Assembly: GCA_030038435.1 (NCBI GenBank)
Contig: JASHOY010000462.1
Span: forward strand, 12,850-76,849
Length of the DNA: 64,000 nucleotides
From: Acidobacteriaceae bacterium
Lineage (GTDB): Bacteria; Acidobacteriota; Terriglobia; Terriglobales; Acidobacteriaceae
Direction: 5' to 3'
Part shown: positions 27,623 to 37,840 of the stretch, piece by piece
Numbering within the stretch: position 1 is the first letter of the stretch
Layout: the number at the start of each line of letters is the position of its first letter
Translations under genes and position numbers: made by a program
Notes under the pieces: generated by a model
The model's input: the letters and a program-made list of their open reading frames with translations, nothing else
The model's database searches: none
Told to the model about the DNA's origin: nothing

Positions 27623-28237
27623 GTGACCAATCCTGGGAAACCCCGCATCGGCGTTCTCGCCATCCAGGGCGACTACGCCGCCCACGCCCTCGCCCTCACC
27701 GAAGCCGGCGCCCGGCCCTCGGAAATTCGCAAGCCCGAGGAACTGGCTGCCATTGACGCCCTCGTCCTGCCCGGCGGCGAATCCACTACCATGCTCAAAT
27801 TCCTCGAAAAACGCCACTTCTTCGAGGCCCTCCGCGAATTCTGCGCCCGGAAGCCGGTCTTCGGCACCTGCGCCGGAACCATTCTCCTTGCCCGCGAAGT
27901 CCGCAACCCCGCCCAGCGCAGCCTCGGCCTACTTGACGTCGTAGTGGAGCGCAACGCCTACGGCCGCCAGATCGACTCCAGCATTGAAATGGCCGAGACC
28001 GCTCTCCCCGGAGGACCACTGGAAATGGTCTTTATCCGCGCTCCCCGGATAATGGAGATTGGACCAGGTGTCGAAGCCCTGGCCTTTCGCGACGGCTATC
28101 CCACGCTTGTCCGCCAAGGCAACACCATGGCCGCAACCTTTCACCCTGAACTTTCCCCGGATCGCCGCGTCCATGGATTTTTCGTCGATCTCGCCTCTGG
28201 AGCTGACTTGTACCCATCCGGACTACCTGACCTTTGA
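27623..28237 (+). CDS. pdxT: PLP synthase glutaminase subunit
   Basis: IGVLAIQG, PGGESTT, GTCAG and FHPE motifs. Confidence 0.97.
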   Translation: MTNPGKPRIGVLAIQGDYAAHALALTEAGARPSEIRKPEELAAIDALVLPGGESTTMLKFLEKRHFFEALREFCARKPVFGTCAGTILLAREVRNPAQRSLGLLDVVVERNAYGRQIDSSIEMAETALPGGPLEMVFIRAPRIMEIGPGVEALAFRDGYPTLVRQGNTMAATFHPELSPDRRVHGFFVDLASGADLYPSGLPDL

Positions 28238-28342
28238 TCTCCGGCTTTCACCGAATAAAATCTCCTCCGCCATCTTTTGTAATTTCGGGTGCGTCCAAAC
28301 GGAAGTAGGGGTAATCTGAAGCTCATAGAGGGGTTCGACTCT

Positions 28343-29107
28343 ATGCCGTTGATTTTCACACCCACACCCACGGAAACGGAACGCAAAGCGCCGGGAATCG
28401 GTGGCAAACCGCCCGTCGACCGCAGACCGACCGGTGGCGGTGGTGGCGGCGGCGACGACGATTGGCGAAATCCGCACAAAGGTCCCAGGGAGGCGCTGTA
28501 TCGCACCCGGGCGTTTGTGTTCTGCGCGCTGGCCGGCGACATGATGTTTTTCGTCTCGCTCGTGGCCATGTTTTACGCGCGCCAGACGGGCACGCACATG
28601 GACCCCCAGACCATGCAGCAGGTGGGCGACTGGCACCCCATTCTGCTGCCGCCGATCCTCTTTCTCAACACTGCCGTCCTGTTGCTCAGCGGCCTGACCA
28701 TGGAGATGGCCCGCCGACACATCTTCCACGAAATTGACGTCATGGAGGAGTGGCTGGGCCTTGGCGCTCCCGCGCTCCGCCGCACCCTGCCTTGGCTGCT
28801 GGCCACGCTCGGGCTGGGCACATTGTTCATCATCGGCCAGGTTGTGGCTTGGAAGCAGCTCAGCGCTGAGGGCTTCGGTTTTAACCGCTGGTCCACCCCA
28901 GCCAGCTATTTCTTTTATGTCATTACCGGCCTGCACGCCGCTCACCTCGCGCTCGGTGTCTTCGCGTTGTTCATCTGCGCGCTTGTGCTCGGACGCTTGA
29001 AACACGTCGAGCACCGCCAGATCGCCGTTGATTCCACCGCATGGTTCTGGCATGCCATGAGTCTCGCCTGGCTGGTCCTCTTCGCCGTGCTCATGCTCGG
29101 CCAGTAA
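28343..29107 (+). CDS. Heme-copper oxidase subunit III family protein
   Basis: NTAVLLLSG, FFYVITGLHAAH and WFWH motifs; Gly-rich N-terminus. Start inferred at MPLIF. Confidence 0.85.
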   Translation: MPLIFTPTPTETERKAPGIGGKPPVDRRPTGGGGGGGDDDWRNPHKGPREALYRTRAFVFCALAGDMMFFVSLVAMFYARQTGTHMDPQTMQQVGDWHPILLPPILFLNTAVLLLSGLTMEMARRHIFHEIDVMEEWLGLGAPALRRTLPWLLATLGLGTLFIIGQVVAWKQLSAEGFGFNRWSTPASYFFYVITGLHAAHLALGVFALFICALVLGRLKHVEHRQIAVDSTAWFWHAMSLAWLVLFAVLMLGQ

Positions 29108-29286
29108 CACAACCCAGTTTCCCTACCCGGTTCCGCACCATCCTCTCGCTCGCTTTGTGAAAGCCCGGGAAGCTGGACATCCAAGAATGCGGGATGCTCC
29201 GGGTCCCGCTTTTGGGATAAGGGATGGGTATTTAGCCTATTCCTGTACGGATATGGCGAGCCTCGGTGCCCAGTTAGACTGTTCCC

Positions 29287-30141
29287 ATGGTCAAGCGTAT
29301 CGGCATCCACCTGGGCACCTCCGGAGGCGCCTCTAACGCCGCAGATCGCGCCCGCGAGATCGGCGCCAACACCCTGCAGATCTTCTCTTCCAGTCCGCGC
29401 ATGTGGCGTGCCGCCAAAATCGACCCCGCCCAATGTGAGCGCATGCGCTCTCTGCGCGCAAAATTCCGCATCGCTCCCCTGGTTATCCACACCAGCTACC
29501 TTGTCAACGTTTGCAGCCAGTCAGATCAGGTCCGCCAGCAAAGTATCGCCGCCTTCCGCGGAGAAGTCGAACGCGCCCTCGCTCTCGGCGCAGAATATCT
29601 CGTACTCCACCCAGGCTCCTGGAAAGGCCTCACCCGCGATGAAGGCCTCAAACTCGCCGCCGACTCCATCCAGAAAGCCATCGACGGCCTCCCCTGGCAG
29701 TCCACCACGTTCTCCATCCTCATCGAGAACACAGCCGGCGCCGAATTCTCCCTCGGCGGCAGCTTCGAGCAGGTCGCCGAGCTCGTCACCCTCCTCCGCA
29801 ACCATGCTCCGGTCGCCGTCTGCCTCGACACCTGCCACACCCACGTCTCCGGCTACGATATCGTCACACCCGAAGGCTACGAAGAAACCCTCCGCCAGGT
29901 CGCCGCCACCATCGGTCTTGACTCCGTTCGCGTCTGGCACTGCAACGACGCCAAAGCCGCCCGCGGCTCCAAACTCGACCGGCATCAGCACATCGGGCAG
30001 GGAACCATCGGCATCGAGTCCTTCCGCCGCCTCCTCAATGACAAGCGCTTCCGCCACTGCGCCTTCATCGCCGAAACCCCCATCGACGAAGAAGGAGACG
30101 ACGAACGCAACGTGCGCGTGCTGAAGAGTCTGGTGCAATGA
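29287..30141 (+). CDS. nfo: Endonuclease IV (AP endonuclease)
   Basis: HTSYLVN, LHPG, IENTAG, CLDTCH, HCND and DRHQHIG zinc-ligand motifs. Confidence 0.96.
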   Translation: MVKRIGIHLGTSGGASNAADRAREIGANTLQIFSSSPRMWRAAKIDPAQCERMRSLRAKFRIAPLVIHTSYLVNVCSQSDQVRQQSIAAFRGEVERALALGAEYLVLHPGSWKGLTRDEGLKLAADSIQKAIDGLPWQSTTFSILIENTAGAEFSLGGSFEQVAELVTLLRNHAPVAVCLDTCHTHVSGYDIVTPEGYEETLRQVAATIGLDSVRVWHCNDAKAARGSKLDRHQHIGQGTIGIESFRRLLNDKRFRHCAFIAETPIDEEGDDERNVRVLKSLVQ

Positions 30142-30150
30142 TCGAGCGTT

Positions 30151-30923
30151 TCAGAGAGGTGGAAATTCAGCGGTCGGAAGGCTCGAAGTGCCCCTTTTTC
30201 TAAATTCGAGGAACCGATTCGTGATTGTCCACGCTCGCCTTAGCACTTCCGCCTGCTGCCCACTTTCCGGAGCTTTTCTGTTTCCGTGGCGAGGCTCTGT
30301 TGACAAGCCGGTCACAAATTTTAGGTAGCCTTCCGTCAAATTGAGATTCTTTCGCATAAGCGCCCATCCTTCCTCGCGCTTCTTCCCTGGGCCCGCCATT
30401 GAAGTGCGCAGTGCCTCTATCGCGCGGGCGCAATTGATGGTAGCCAAATTGAATGGGGAAATGCAGACGACTAAATCATTCAGAGCTAAGAGCAGCAAGC
30501 GATCTCTAACGACCAATCGAAGCATCGCATCGTAGTTATTCGGACCTTTATACGACGGCTCAAGATTGAAAGCGGTACATAAATTCCGAACTTCCTCGGA
30601 GTGTGGCGCCAATGTAGTTTGATTACCGTCTGCGTCTACGAAGACTTCGATGAAGACAGTCAAGCCAATTCCGCTAAAAAACAAAAGCTGTCAACCGCCG
30701 CCCGCGCTAGATCGTACGCGTGCATCGACAACATAGATAGATGCTCGGCCTTGTCGAAGCGAGTCAAGTCGCATCTAACTTCCAGCCGTGAATCTCTAAC
30801 ATTAACGGTGAAGTCGGCGGTCAAGTCGTCGCCGGGCCACGCGTAGCGGATCATCGGCAATGTCAACAGGTGAAGTTTGAAGATTGGCGGGCGAACGGTT
30901 CCTCCGAAAAGAACAGTTGGCAT
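30151..30923 (-). pseudogene. Single ~257-aa gene split by a -1 frameshift at a T6 run (pseudogene, sequencing error or recoded gene); HEPN-like C-terminus
   Basis: ORFs 30660-30923 (GGAGGA RBS) and 30151-30684 overlap at TGT TTT TTA. One extra T fuses them into ...AAVDSFCFFSGIGLTV... Confidence 0.65.
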
Positions 30924-30950
30924 TGATATCCTCCAAAAGACGGAAATCGC

Positions 30951-31250
30951 TCACTCTTCGTAGACTTCCCGCCGGTGACCTACCTTAATCACCAAGACAA
31001 CCAGGCGGTAATCTTCCAAACGGCAGATCAGGCGGTAGTCACCCACGCGATAACGCCAAAGCCCTGCAAGGTTCAACCGCAGCCGCTTGCCAAGCTCACG
31101 CGGATCGGACGAACCGGCTATGCGCTCACGAAGGTAGCGAAGGATCTCTCTCTGGATTTGCGGATCGAGCTTGCGCAGTTCACGTCGCGCACGATCGTCG
31201 AATTCCACCGACCAGTGCGGCGGGGCTTCCTCATGACCAGCTTCCGTCAT
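30951..31250 (-). CDS. relE: RelE/ParE-family toxin
   Basis: VEFDDRARRELRKLD, LWRYRVGDYRLI and VGHRREVY motifs. Confidence 0.93.
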   Translation of the reverse strand: MTEAGHEEAPPHWSVEFDDRARRELRKLDPQIQREILRYLRERIAGSSDPRELGKRLRLNLAGLWRYRVGDYRLICRLEDYRLVVLVIKVGHRREVYEE

Positions 31251-31465
31251 CGCTCGCTTTTCTCGTCAAGCCCCTTTTCAAGCTCGTCCAGCGTCCAACG
31301 GCGCGCTGGATTCTCCAGGCGATAAAGCGCGGTATAGGTGTCCTCAATTTCATCGAGGTGCACGGCGAGCGCCTGGCGCACGTAAAAGCTTTTTGGCCGC
31401 CCGGTCAGCTTGGCGATCTTGTCAAGCCGCTTTTCAACTGCTTCGGGGATGCGCACTGCCAACAT
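31247..31465 (-). CDS. RHH (RelB/CopG-type) antitoxin
   Basis: MLAVRIPEAVEKRLDKIAKLTGRPKSFYVRQAL; acidic C-terminus; ATGA overlap with the toxin. Confidence 0.9.
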   Translation of the reverse strand: MLAVRIPEAVEKRLDKIAKLTGRPKSFYVRQALAVHLDEIEDTYTALYRLENPARRWTLDELEKGLDEKSER

Positions 31466-31583
31466 AATGGACCTCGTATTCGCTGTCATACACAGTATAC
31501 ACCGATATCGTTTAGCTCGAAGTTCAATGCTTCCACCCTCATTCCTCTTTCCAGGCCGCATCCCCGTTTACACTTGATAGGTG

Positions 31584-34163
31584 ATGGCCGAAGACAAAGA
31601 ACTTCGTTACGATCCCGCCCAAATCGAAGAGAAATGGCAGCAGCGCTGGGCCGCGGATCCCAAACTCTACGCCGCGGGAGCCCCCTCCGGCGAGTCCGCC
31701 AAGCCCAAGTATTACGTCCTCGAAATGCTGCCTTATCCCAGCGGCCAACTGCACATGGGCCACGTCCGCAATTACTCCATCGGCGACGCTCTCGCCCGCC
31801 ACATGTGGATGCGCGGCTACAACGTCCTTCACCCCATGGGCTGGGACGCCTTCGGCCTGCCCGCGGAAAACGCCGCCCTCAAAAACAACACCCCGCCCCG
31901 CGACTGGACGCTCGCCAACATCGCCGCGATGAAGCGCCAGATGCAGCGCATCGGCTTCAGCTATGACTGGGCTACCGAAGTTACGACATGCCTGCCCGAT
32001 TACTACCGCTGGAACCAGTGGTTCTTCCTGCGCATGTACGAGAAGGGCCTGGTTTACCGCAAGCAGAGCAAGGTCAACTGGTGCCCCGAGTGCGCCACCG
32101 TTCTCGCCAACGAACAAGTCGTCGATGGCTGCTGTTGGCGTCATGAAACTACACGCGTCGAACAGCGCGATCTCGAGCAATGGTTTCTGCGCACCACGCA
32201 TTACGCGCAGGAACTCCTCGACGGCCTCGATCATCTCGACGGCTGGCCGGAAAAGGTCCGCACCATGCAGCGCAACTGGATCGGCCGCAGCGAAGGCGCG
32301 GAAATCGAATTCCGTTTCGAGCGCAGCATCAAAGACATGCTCGAAGAGCAGTCCGGTGAGGCCAGGCCGGCCAGCACGCAGGCCCACGAGACCATCCGCG
32401 TCTTCACCACCCGCATCGACACTATCTTCGGCGCGACCAGCGTGCAGCTCGCCCCCGAGCATCCCCTGGTCACCGAGCTGGCTGAGCACGACCACGGCCT
32501 TCGCCACCAGGTTGCCCGCCTCATTGAAGAGCAGAAAAAAGCCCGCGAATCCGGCGACCTTGGCGCCATAGAAAAACATGGCGTGCCCACCGGCCACTTC
32601 GCCGTCAATCCCTTCAACAACGAGCTCATGCCGGTATGGGTCGCCAATTACGTCCTCATGGATTACGGCACCGGCGCCATCATGAGCGTGCCTGCGCATG
32701 ACGAGCGCGACTTTGAGTTTGCCAAAAAATACGCCATCCCCATCCGCCGGGTCATCGCTCCCGCCGATCCAAACGCCGTTGAACCCGAACTACCCTTCAC
32801 TTCCGAAGACGGCATCCTCGTCAACTCCGGTCCCGTGAGCGGCATCTCCTGCGCAACCGCGCAAAAACAGCTCGCTGAAATTGCCGAGCGCAGTGCCTTC
32901 GGCAAGGCCACCGTCACTTACCGCCTCAAAGACTGGGGCGTCAGCCGTCAGCGCTACTGGGGCACGCCTATCCCTATGATCCACTGCGATCACGACGGCC
33001 TTGTCCCGGTCCCCGACGATCAGCTCCCTGTCCTGCTGCCCGACAGTATCGAGATCACGCAGCAGGGCGGCTCGCCTCTCGCCCGCGTCCCCGATTTCGC
33101 CAACGTCACCTGTCCCAGGTGCGGCCGCAATGCCCGCCGCGAAACCGACACTATGGACACCTTCGTCGATTCGAGCTGGTATTTCTACCGCTACACCGAC
33201 GCCAAAAACTCCACCGCGCCGTTCGATTCCGCCATCGCCGGATACTGGTTCCCTATCGACCAGTACATCGGCGGCGTCGAACACGCCATACTCCATCTCA
33301 TATATTCGCGCTTCTGGACCCGCGTGATGCGCGACCTCGGCCTCATTGAAAACGATGAGCCTGCGCGCCGTCTCTTCACCCAGGGCATGGTCATCAAAGA
33401 CGGCGCCAAAATGTCCAAGTCCCGCGGCAACGTCGTTTCCCCCGACGACATGGTCGCCCGCTATGGCGCCGACGCCACCCGCATGTACGCGCTTTTTGCC
33501 GCTCCGCCCGATCGCGACCTCGACTGGCAGGAAGATGGCGTCGCCGGCGTCAGCCGTTTCCTCGGCCGCGTCTATCGCCTGGTCACCCGCCATGCCCCAG
33601 CCGTGCGTGGCTCCAGCCCATCTTCGCCGCAATCGCAAAGCACCCTTGAAGTAACCTCCACATCCCTCAAGCTCCGGCGCAAGCTCCACCAGACCATCGC
33701 CAAGATCACTCTCGATTTCGAAGGCCGATGGCACTTCAACACCTGTGTCGCCGCCATCATGGAACTGGTCAACGAACTCCATGCCGCCGACACCGAACTC
33801 ACTTCCGGCGCCGTTCCCGCGCTCATCCTCCGCGACCTGCTGCGCACGCTCGCCCTGCTTCTGGCGCCCTTTGCGCCCTTTCTCGCCGCCGAGCTCTGGG
33901 AAGAATTGGGCGAAGAAGGTACAATCCTCCGCGCCCCCTGGCCCCAGAGCGATCCCGGACTCGCCAAAGAAGACGAACTCCAAATCCCCGTCCAGATCAA
34001 CGGCAAGCTGGTCACCGTTGTCCGTTTGCCCACCGGCTCAACCCGCGATCAAATGCAATCAACCGCCCTCGCCGACGATAAAGTCCGCGCGCGTCTCAAC
34101 GGAACAAGTCCCGCCAAAGTCATCGTCGTCCCCGGCAAACTCGTCAATCTGGTGGTGAAGTGA
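31584..34163 (+). CDS. leuS: Leucine--tRNA ligase
   Basis: PYPSG.LHMGH, FTTRIDT, YGTGAIMSVPAHD, SRQRYWG and KMSKS motifs. Confidence 0.98.
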   Translation: MAEDKELRYDPAQIEEKWQQRWAADPKLYAAGAPSGESAKPKYYVLEMLPYPSGQLHMGHVRNYSIGDALARHMWMRGYNVLHPMGWDAFGLPAENAALKNNTPPRDWTLANIAAMKRQMQRIGFSYDWATEVTTCLPDYYRWNQWFFLRMYEKGLVYRKQSKVNWCPECATVLANEQVVDGCCWRHETTRVEQRDLEQWFLRTTHYAQELLDGLDHLDGWPEKVRTMQRNWIGRSEGAEIEFRFERSIKDMLEEQSGEARPASTQAHETIRVFTTRIDTIFGATSVQLAPEHPLVTELAEHDHGLRHQVARLIEEQKKARESGDLGAIEKHGVPTGHFAVNPFNNELMPVWVANYVLMDYGTGAIMSVPAHDERDFEFAKKYAIPIRRVIAPADPNAVEPELPFTSEDGILVNSGPVSGISCATAQKQLAEIAERSAFGKATVTYRLKDWGVSRQRYWGTPIPMIHCDHDGLVPVPDDQLPVLLPDSIEITQQGGSPLARVPDFANVTCPRCGRNARRETDTMDTFVDSSWYFYRYTDAKNSTAPFDSAIAGYWFPIDQYIGGVEHAILHLIYSRFWTRVMRDLGLIENDEPARRLFTQGMVIKDGAKMSKSRGNVVSPDDMVARYGADATRMYALFAAPPDRDLDWQEDGVAGVSRFLGRVYRLVTRHAPAVRGSSPSSPQSQSTLEVTSTSLKLRRKLHQTIAKITLDFEGRWHFNTCVAAIMELVNELHAADTELTSGAVPALILRDLLRTLALLLAPFAPFLAAELWEELGEEGTILRAPWPQSDPGLAKEDELQIPVQINGKLVTVVRLPTGSTRDQMQSTALADDKVRARLNGTSPAKVIVVPGKLVNLVVK

Positions 34164-35086
34164 TAACCGACTTATACGACACACCCGCCGCGCAGCCCGT
34201 TCGCGGCACTCAGCAGATGGTCGATCACATGGGCTGGGTCTTCCGCCGTCCCCACCTCACCCTCGTCGAAATTGCCTGGCGCTGGATCTTCGCCATCCCC
34301 TTCCTGCTCCTCTGCTGGCACGAACTTCAGGTCATTGCCGTCGAACTCCCTCCCGACGTTGCCGGCGTCAATCGCCTTAACACCCAGAACCCCTGGATCG
34401 ACGGTGTCCAGCTCGGCATTGTCTGGATGCACTACGTTCCCTACGTTCTCCACGTACTCCTCTGGCTGGCGCCTGCCGGCTTTCTCGCCTGGTCTCTCAC
34501 GGCCGGACTGGGCCGCGCCCTCGTCCTCAAGCGCATCGAGCCTCGCGTTCCTTACCGACCTTTCGCCGTCATGTTCCTCCACGGCTGCTGGCTCGCCCTG
34601 CTCATCGGCGTCTTTTTCGCCTGGTACGAATGCATCCAGTGGATCGCCGCCACCCACATTCGATCCGTCCTGGCTCCCGATCTAGTTGGCTATTCCATCT
34701 GGGCCATCTTCGTTTCGCTCGGCCTTTTCGTCCTCTGGGCCGTCATCAGCTGGCCGTTTACCATCGCTCCCATCCTCGCCCTTCAGGAGAATCGCTCCGC
34801 ATTTTCTGCTCTCGCCCAAAGTTTCCGGCTGGGCAAAACCTTTACCGCTGAACTCATTGAAATCAACCTCACCATGGGCATCATCAAGCTCATGCTGATT
34901 GTTCTCGCCATGGTCTTCTCCGCCGCTCCCTTGCCGTTCTCTGAACAGCTCGGCCCCGGAGCAGTAAGACTGGCCATGACCATCTCGCTCTTTTTCTACT
35001 GCGTTGCCAGCGACTACTTCCAGGTAGTCCGCCTCAAAGCTTTCACAGAGTTCTGGCATACGTTCCGCGGCCAACCGCACCTCTAG
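34160..35086 (+). CDS. Hypothetical integral membrane protein
   Basis: About 6 TM segments; GTGA overlap with the leuS stop; same C-ending codon bias as leuS. Confidence 0.8.
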   Translation: MITDLYDTPAAQPVRGTQQMVDHMGWVFRRPHLTLVEIAWRWIFAIPFLLLCWHELQVIAVELPPDVAGVNRLNTQNPWIDGVQLGIVWMHYVPYVLHVLLWLAPAGFLAWSLTAGLGRALVLKRIEPRVPYRPFAVMFLHGCWLALLIGVFFAWYECIQWIAATHIRSVLAPDLVGYSIWAIFVSLGLFVLWAVISWPFTIAPILALQENRSAFSALAQSFRLGKTFTAELIEINLTMGIIKLMLIVLAMVFSAAPLPFSEQLGPGAVRLAMTISLFFYCVASDYFQVVRLKAFTEFWHTFRGQPHL

Positions 35087-35124
35087 CGAGCTTCTGCATA
35101 GCCGGCCTATCTCCGATCCTGTGC

Positions 35125-37587
35125 TCACTCCGCAGCACCCGCACCAGGTGCGTCGATGTGGTTCGTCCCCGGCTGCAGCGGCCAGCTTCTGCCTGCGATT
35201 AAAAAAGTGCCAGTCAGTTTGGCGGGCAGCGTCACCGTAGCGGCCAACCCGCTTCCCTGCCGGTGATACTCCACCTCGATCATGCCGTCAGGATGCGGAT
35301 ACGCCGCCGTCAACGAAGGCAGCGAGCCAAGATGCGGAGCGATCCGCACCGTCTTGAATCCGGGACTCCCCGGCTCGATCCCCGCCACCAAGGTCAGCAG
35401 GTCATAAATCGGATGAGCGCTCCATGCGTGCGAGTCGGAGCGCGTAGGGCCGGGCGTTTCCGGCCAGGTACTGAAGTGCAGCGCAAGCATCTGCCGCCAC
35501 GGTTCAATTGACGCCAGGTACTCGTCCGCCATCCCGGCATGAGCCAGCGCGCGCGCCAGGTAAAAACGAAAATAGTACGATGCGCTTAGAACCCCATCCG
35601 GCGTGGTTCCCGGCTCAATGGCCAGCACTTTGCGCAGCACCGCCTGCTGCTGTGCTTTGGGAATCGCGTCGTAAAGCACGCCCATGATATTCGACTGCTG
35701 ACTGAAGACCATTTTGTCCGGGTTATCCGCCAGCAATCCTCGTGCGGGCGCCCAACACTTGTCGTAGACGCCCATGCGTACACCTGCCGCTCTCGTGCGG
35801 TAGCGAGTAGCCAGCGCCGGATCGCCCAATGCGCCTTCGAGATCGGCGGCGTTATCAAGTGCGCCAAGATACTGAAGTGTGGTCACGCACGACTCCCCAT
35901 TGGAGCTGTAAGTGGGAATCGTGCCCGAGGGTACCCAGTCAATAAAACTCCACCACGGCAGCTCACGCAGCAGGCCATCCGGCTGCTGGTAGTGCGCAAA
36001 CCAGTCCAGCACCGCCCGCGTTCCCATTAGCGATTCACGAACCGGCGCCGGGTCGGGCCGGTACATCCAGTAGTCGTGCAGCATGCCGATCCAGAGCAAG
36101 GAAAACGTAGGAATGTTCTGCGGCAGTGAACTCGGGTAGCGGCTGCGGGTGATGCCTTCTGGAATTCGCGAGTCGTTGAAGGCTTGCAGTGCCTGGCGCG
36201 CAAGACGATCATCGCCCGTCACCGCATAGGAAATCAGCGCCTGGATACGCGTATCGCCGACGTACTGTAGCTGCTCATAGTACGGCGTGTCCATGTAGGT
36301 TTCGTGCGCGTCCAGCCGCGCGGTGCGCCAGCTTATCTCCCATATCTTGGCCAGCTCGGGATCAGGCGATTGGAAGCTCGCCCGCTCCTCAAATGGATAC
36401 GCCGTGAATGCCGCGGTCAGAGAATCCAGTTTGAGAGGTTCGCTGTCGGTGCTGATCTCGAGGTCGAGATAGCGCCACGTACGCCACCATAATGGCTCGA
36501 AGATGCGGTCCACGCCTCCATCGGGAACAAATTCATCGCGAAGGCCCAAGGCGCGGCGCGGTTGTTTCACTCCCTGCGCGTCGGTGTAGTAGAGCGCGTC
36601 CCGGTCGCCTTTATGGTCTTTGTTGTCATAGAGAGCTTCCGAATACGTCAGCCAGATTTGCGCGCCCTTCCCACCCGAGACCGTGAGGATGGGATACGCC
36701 GTTGTCAGCGTCTTGCGGTCCAGCAGAATGTGCAGATGAGTGTTGGCAGGCACTGTGACAGCATGAACGGGAAATGCTGTCATGCCGGCCTGTTCGGCCG
36801 CGGTCCCATCCACTCTCACCACCTGGCCGGCGCTGGTTGGCGTATAGACCATGTGAGGCAGCGTGTCCGGGACCAGTCCCCACGGGTTGTCGCCGGTAGC
36901 GTCGGCAGAGTGCGCGCGATTTACGTCGCCATATATGCTGTCACGCATCGGTGAAACCACAGCGACCCAGTTGGAACTTTGGTCAGAGGCCGTATTCCAG
37001 CTCCAGTCGCATTGCGCTGCCTCAACAACCTCGCCAGGGCCGGAAGCCATGTAAGAGCGTTGGGTAACAGAACTGCGGTCAAGCGCACGATGGCACGGTT
37101 CGATCTCTACCTGCCAGCCTTCGGGTGTGCTGATGCTTTCGCTTCCCGCGGCGTCGCTCTCCAGCAGAAAAGCGGTGCGATCGCTCATTTGGGCGATGGG
37201 CGCAAAGATGCCCCAGTTCCACACCGTGGCCGTAATCAGGTTCCCGCCGGCATGCAGATGGGGCGCGAGATCGAAGCGCTCATAGCGCCAATGGTTGAGG
37301 TCGCCGCGTGCCGGGCCATCGCCAACTCTCTGCCCGTTTACGTAAAGAACAAAGCGGTTGTCCGCACTGACGCGGACGACGTAACTCCCCGGTGCCGCAC
37401 TTAGAGTGAGAAAGCGGCGAAAGTGCAGCACGACAGGCTCGCGCAACGGAGCAGTTGGATGCGTGACCCACGATGCATGCCAGGTGCGATGCGCTGGATC
37501 CGGCTGTATATCAGTCTGCGCGGAGCTGCACAACGGAGCAAAAGCAAGAGTGGCGGCAATCGAAACCGCGGCAAAGGTGGAGCGCAT
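35125..37587 (-). CDS. Secreted alpha-L-rhamnosidase-like glycoside hydrolase (GH78-related)
   Basis: Signal peptide; SADNRF.LYVNG, YMDTPYYEQLQYVGD, FIDW and TWPE..RSDSHAWS motifs. Confidence 0.85.
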   Translation of the reverse strand: MRSTFAAVSIAATLAFAPLCSSAQTDIQPDPAHRTWHASWVTHPTAPLREPVVLHFRRFLTLSAAPGSYVVRVSADNRFVLYVNGQRVGDGPARGDLNHWRYERFDLAPHLHAGGNLITATVWNWGIFAPIAQMSDRTAFLLESDAAGSESISTPEGWQVEIEPCHRALDRSSVTQRSYMASGPGEVVEAAQCDWSWNTASDQSSNWVAVVSPMRDSIYGDVNRAHSADATGDNPWGLVPDTLPHMVYTPTSAGQVVRVDGTAAEQAGMTAFPVHAVTVPANTHLHILLDRKTLTTAYPILTVSGGKGAQIWLTYSEALYDNKDHKGDRDALYYTDAQGVKQPRRALGLRDEFVPDGGVDRIFEPLWWRTWRYLDLEISTDSEPLKLDSLTAAFTAYPFEERASFQSPDPELAKIWEISWRTARLDAHETYMDTPYYEQLQYVGDTRIQALISYAVTGDDRLARQALQAFNDSRIPEGITRSRYPSSLPQNIPTFSLLWIGMLHDYWMYRPDPAPVRESLMGTRAVLDWFAHYQQPDGLLRELPWWSFIDWVPSGTIPTYSSNGESCVTTLQYLGALDNAADLEGALGDPALATRYRTRAAGVRMGVYDKCWAPARGLLADNPDKMVFSQQSNIMGVLYDAIPKAQQQAVLRKVLAIEPGTTPDGVLSASYYFRFYLARALAHAGMADEYLASIEPWRQMLALHFSTWPETPGPTRSDSHAWSAHPIYDLLTLVAGIEPGSPGFKTVRIAPHLGSLPSLTAAYPHPDGMIEVEYHRQGSGLAATVTLPAKLTGTFLIAGRSWPLQPGTNHIDAPGAGAAE

Positions 37588-37840
37588 CTCTTAAAAACCT
37601 CGCCCACCAGCTTAACAGCTCAACGGAGATGGTCATACAATCTCTCTTCGCAGAAATCTAGAGCCTGCGAGAAAGACTCGGCGCCGCGGGGAAGACCAAC
37701 CTGAAACTCATTCCTCGCCGTCGCTCAGAGGCGAGTTTCTGCATCCAAAATATCAGCGGTGCCAAGGACGTATCAGGATGCACTCGGTTCGCCGCATCGC
37801 GTTGATGAACCTCTTCTTCAAAGTCCAAGGAGAAGTGCCA

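Noticed and set aside
30142-31580. TA islet as a prophage or IS element
   Set aside because: No integrase, transposase, terminal inverted repeats or target-site duplication visible.
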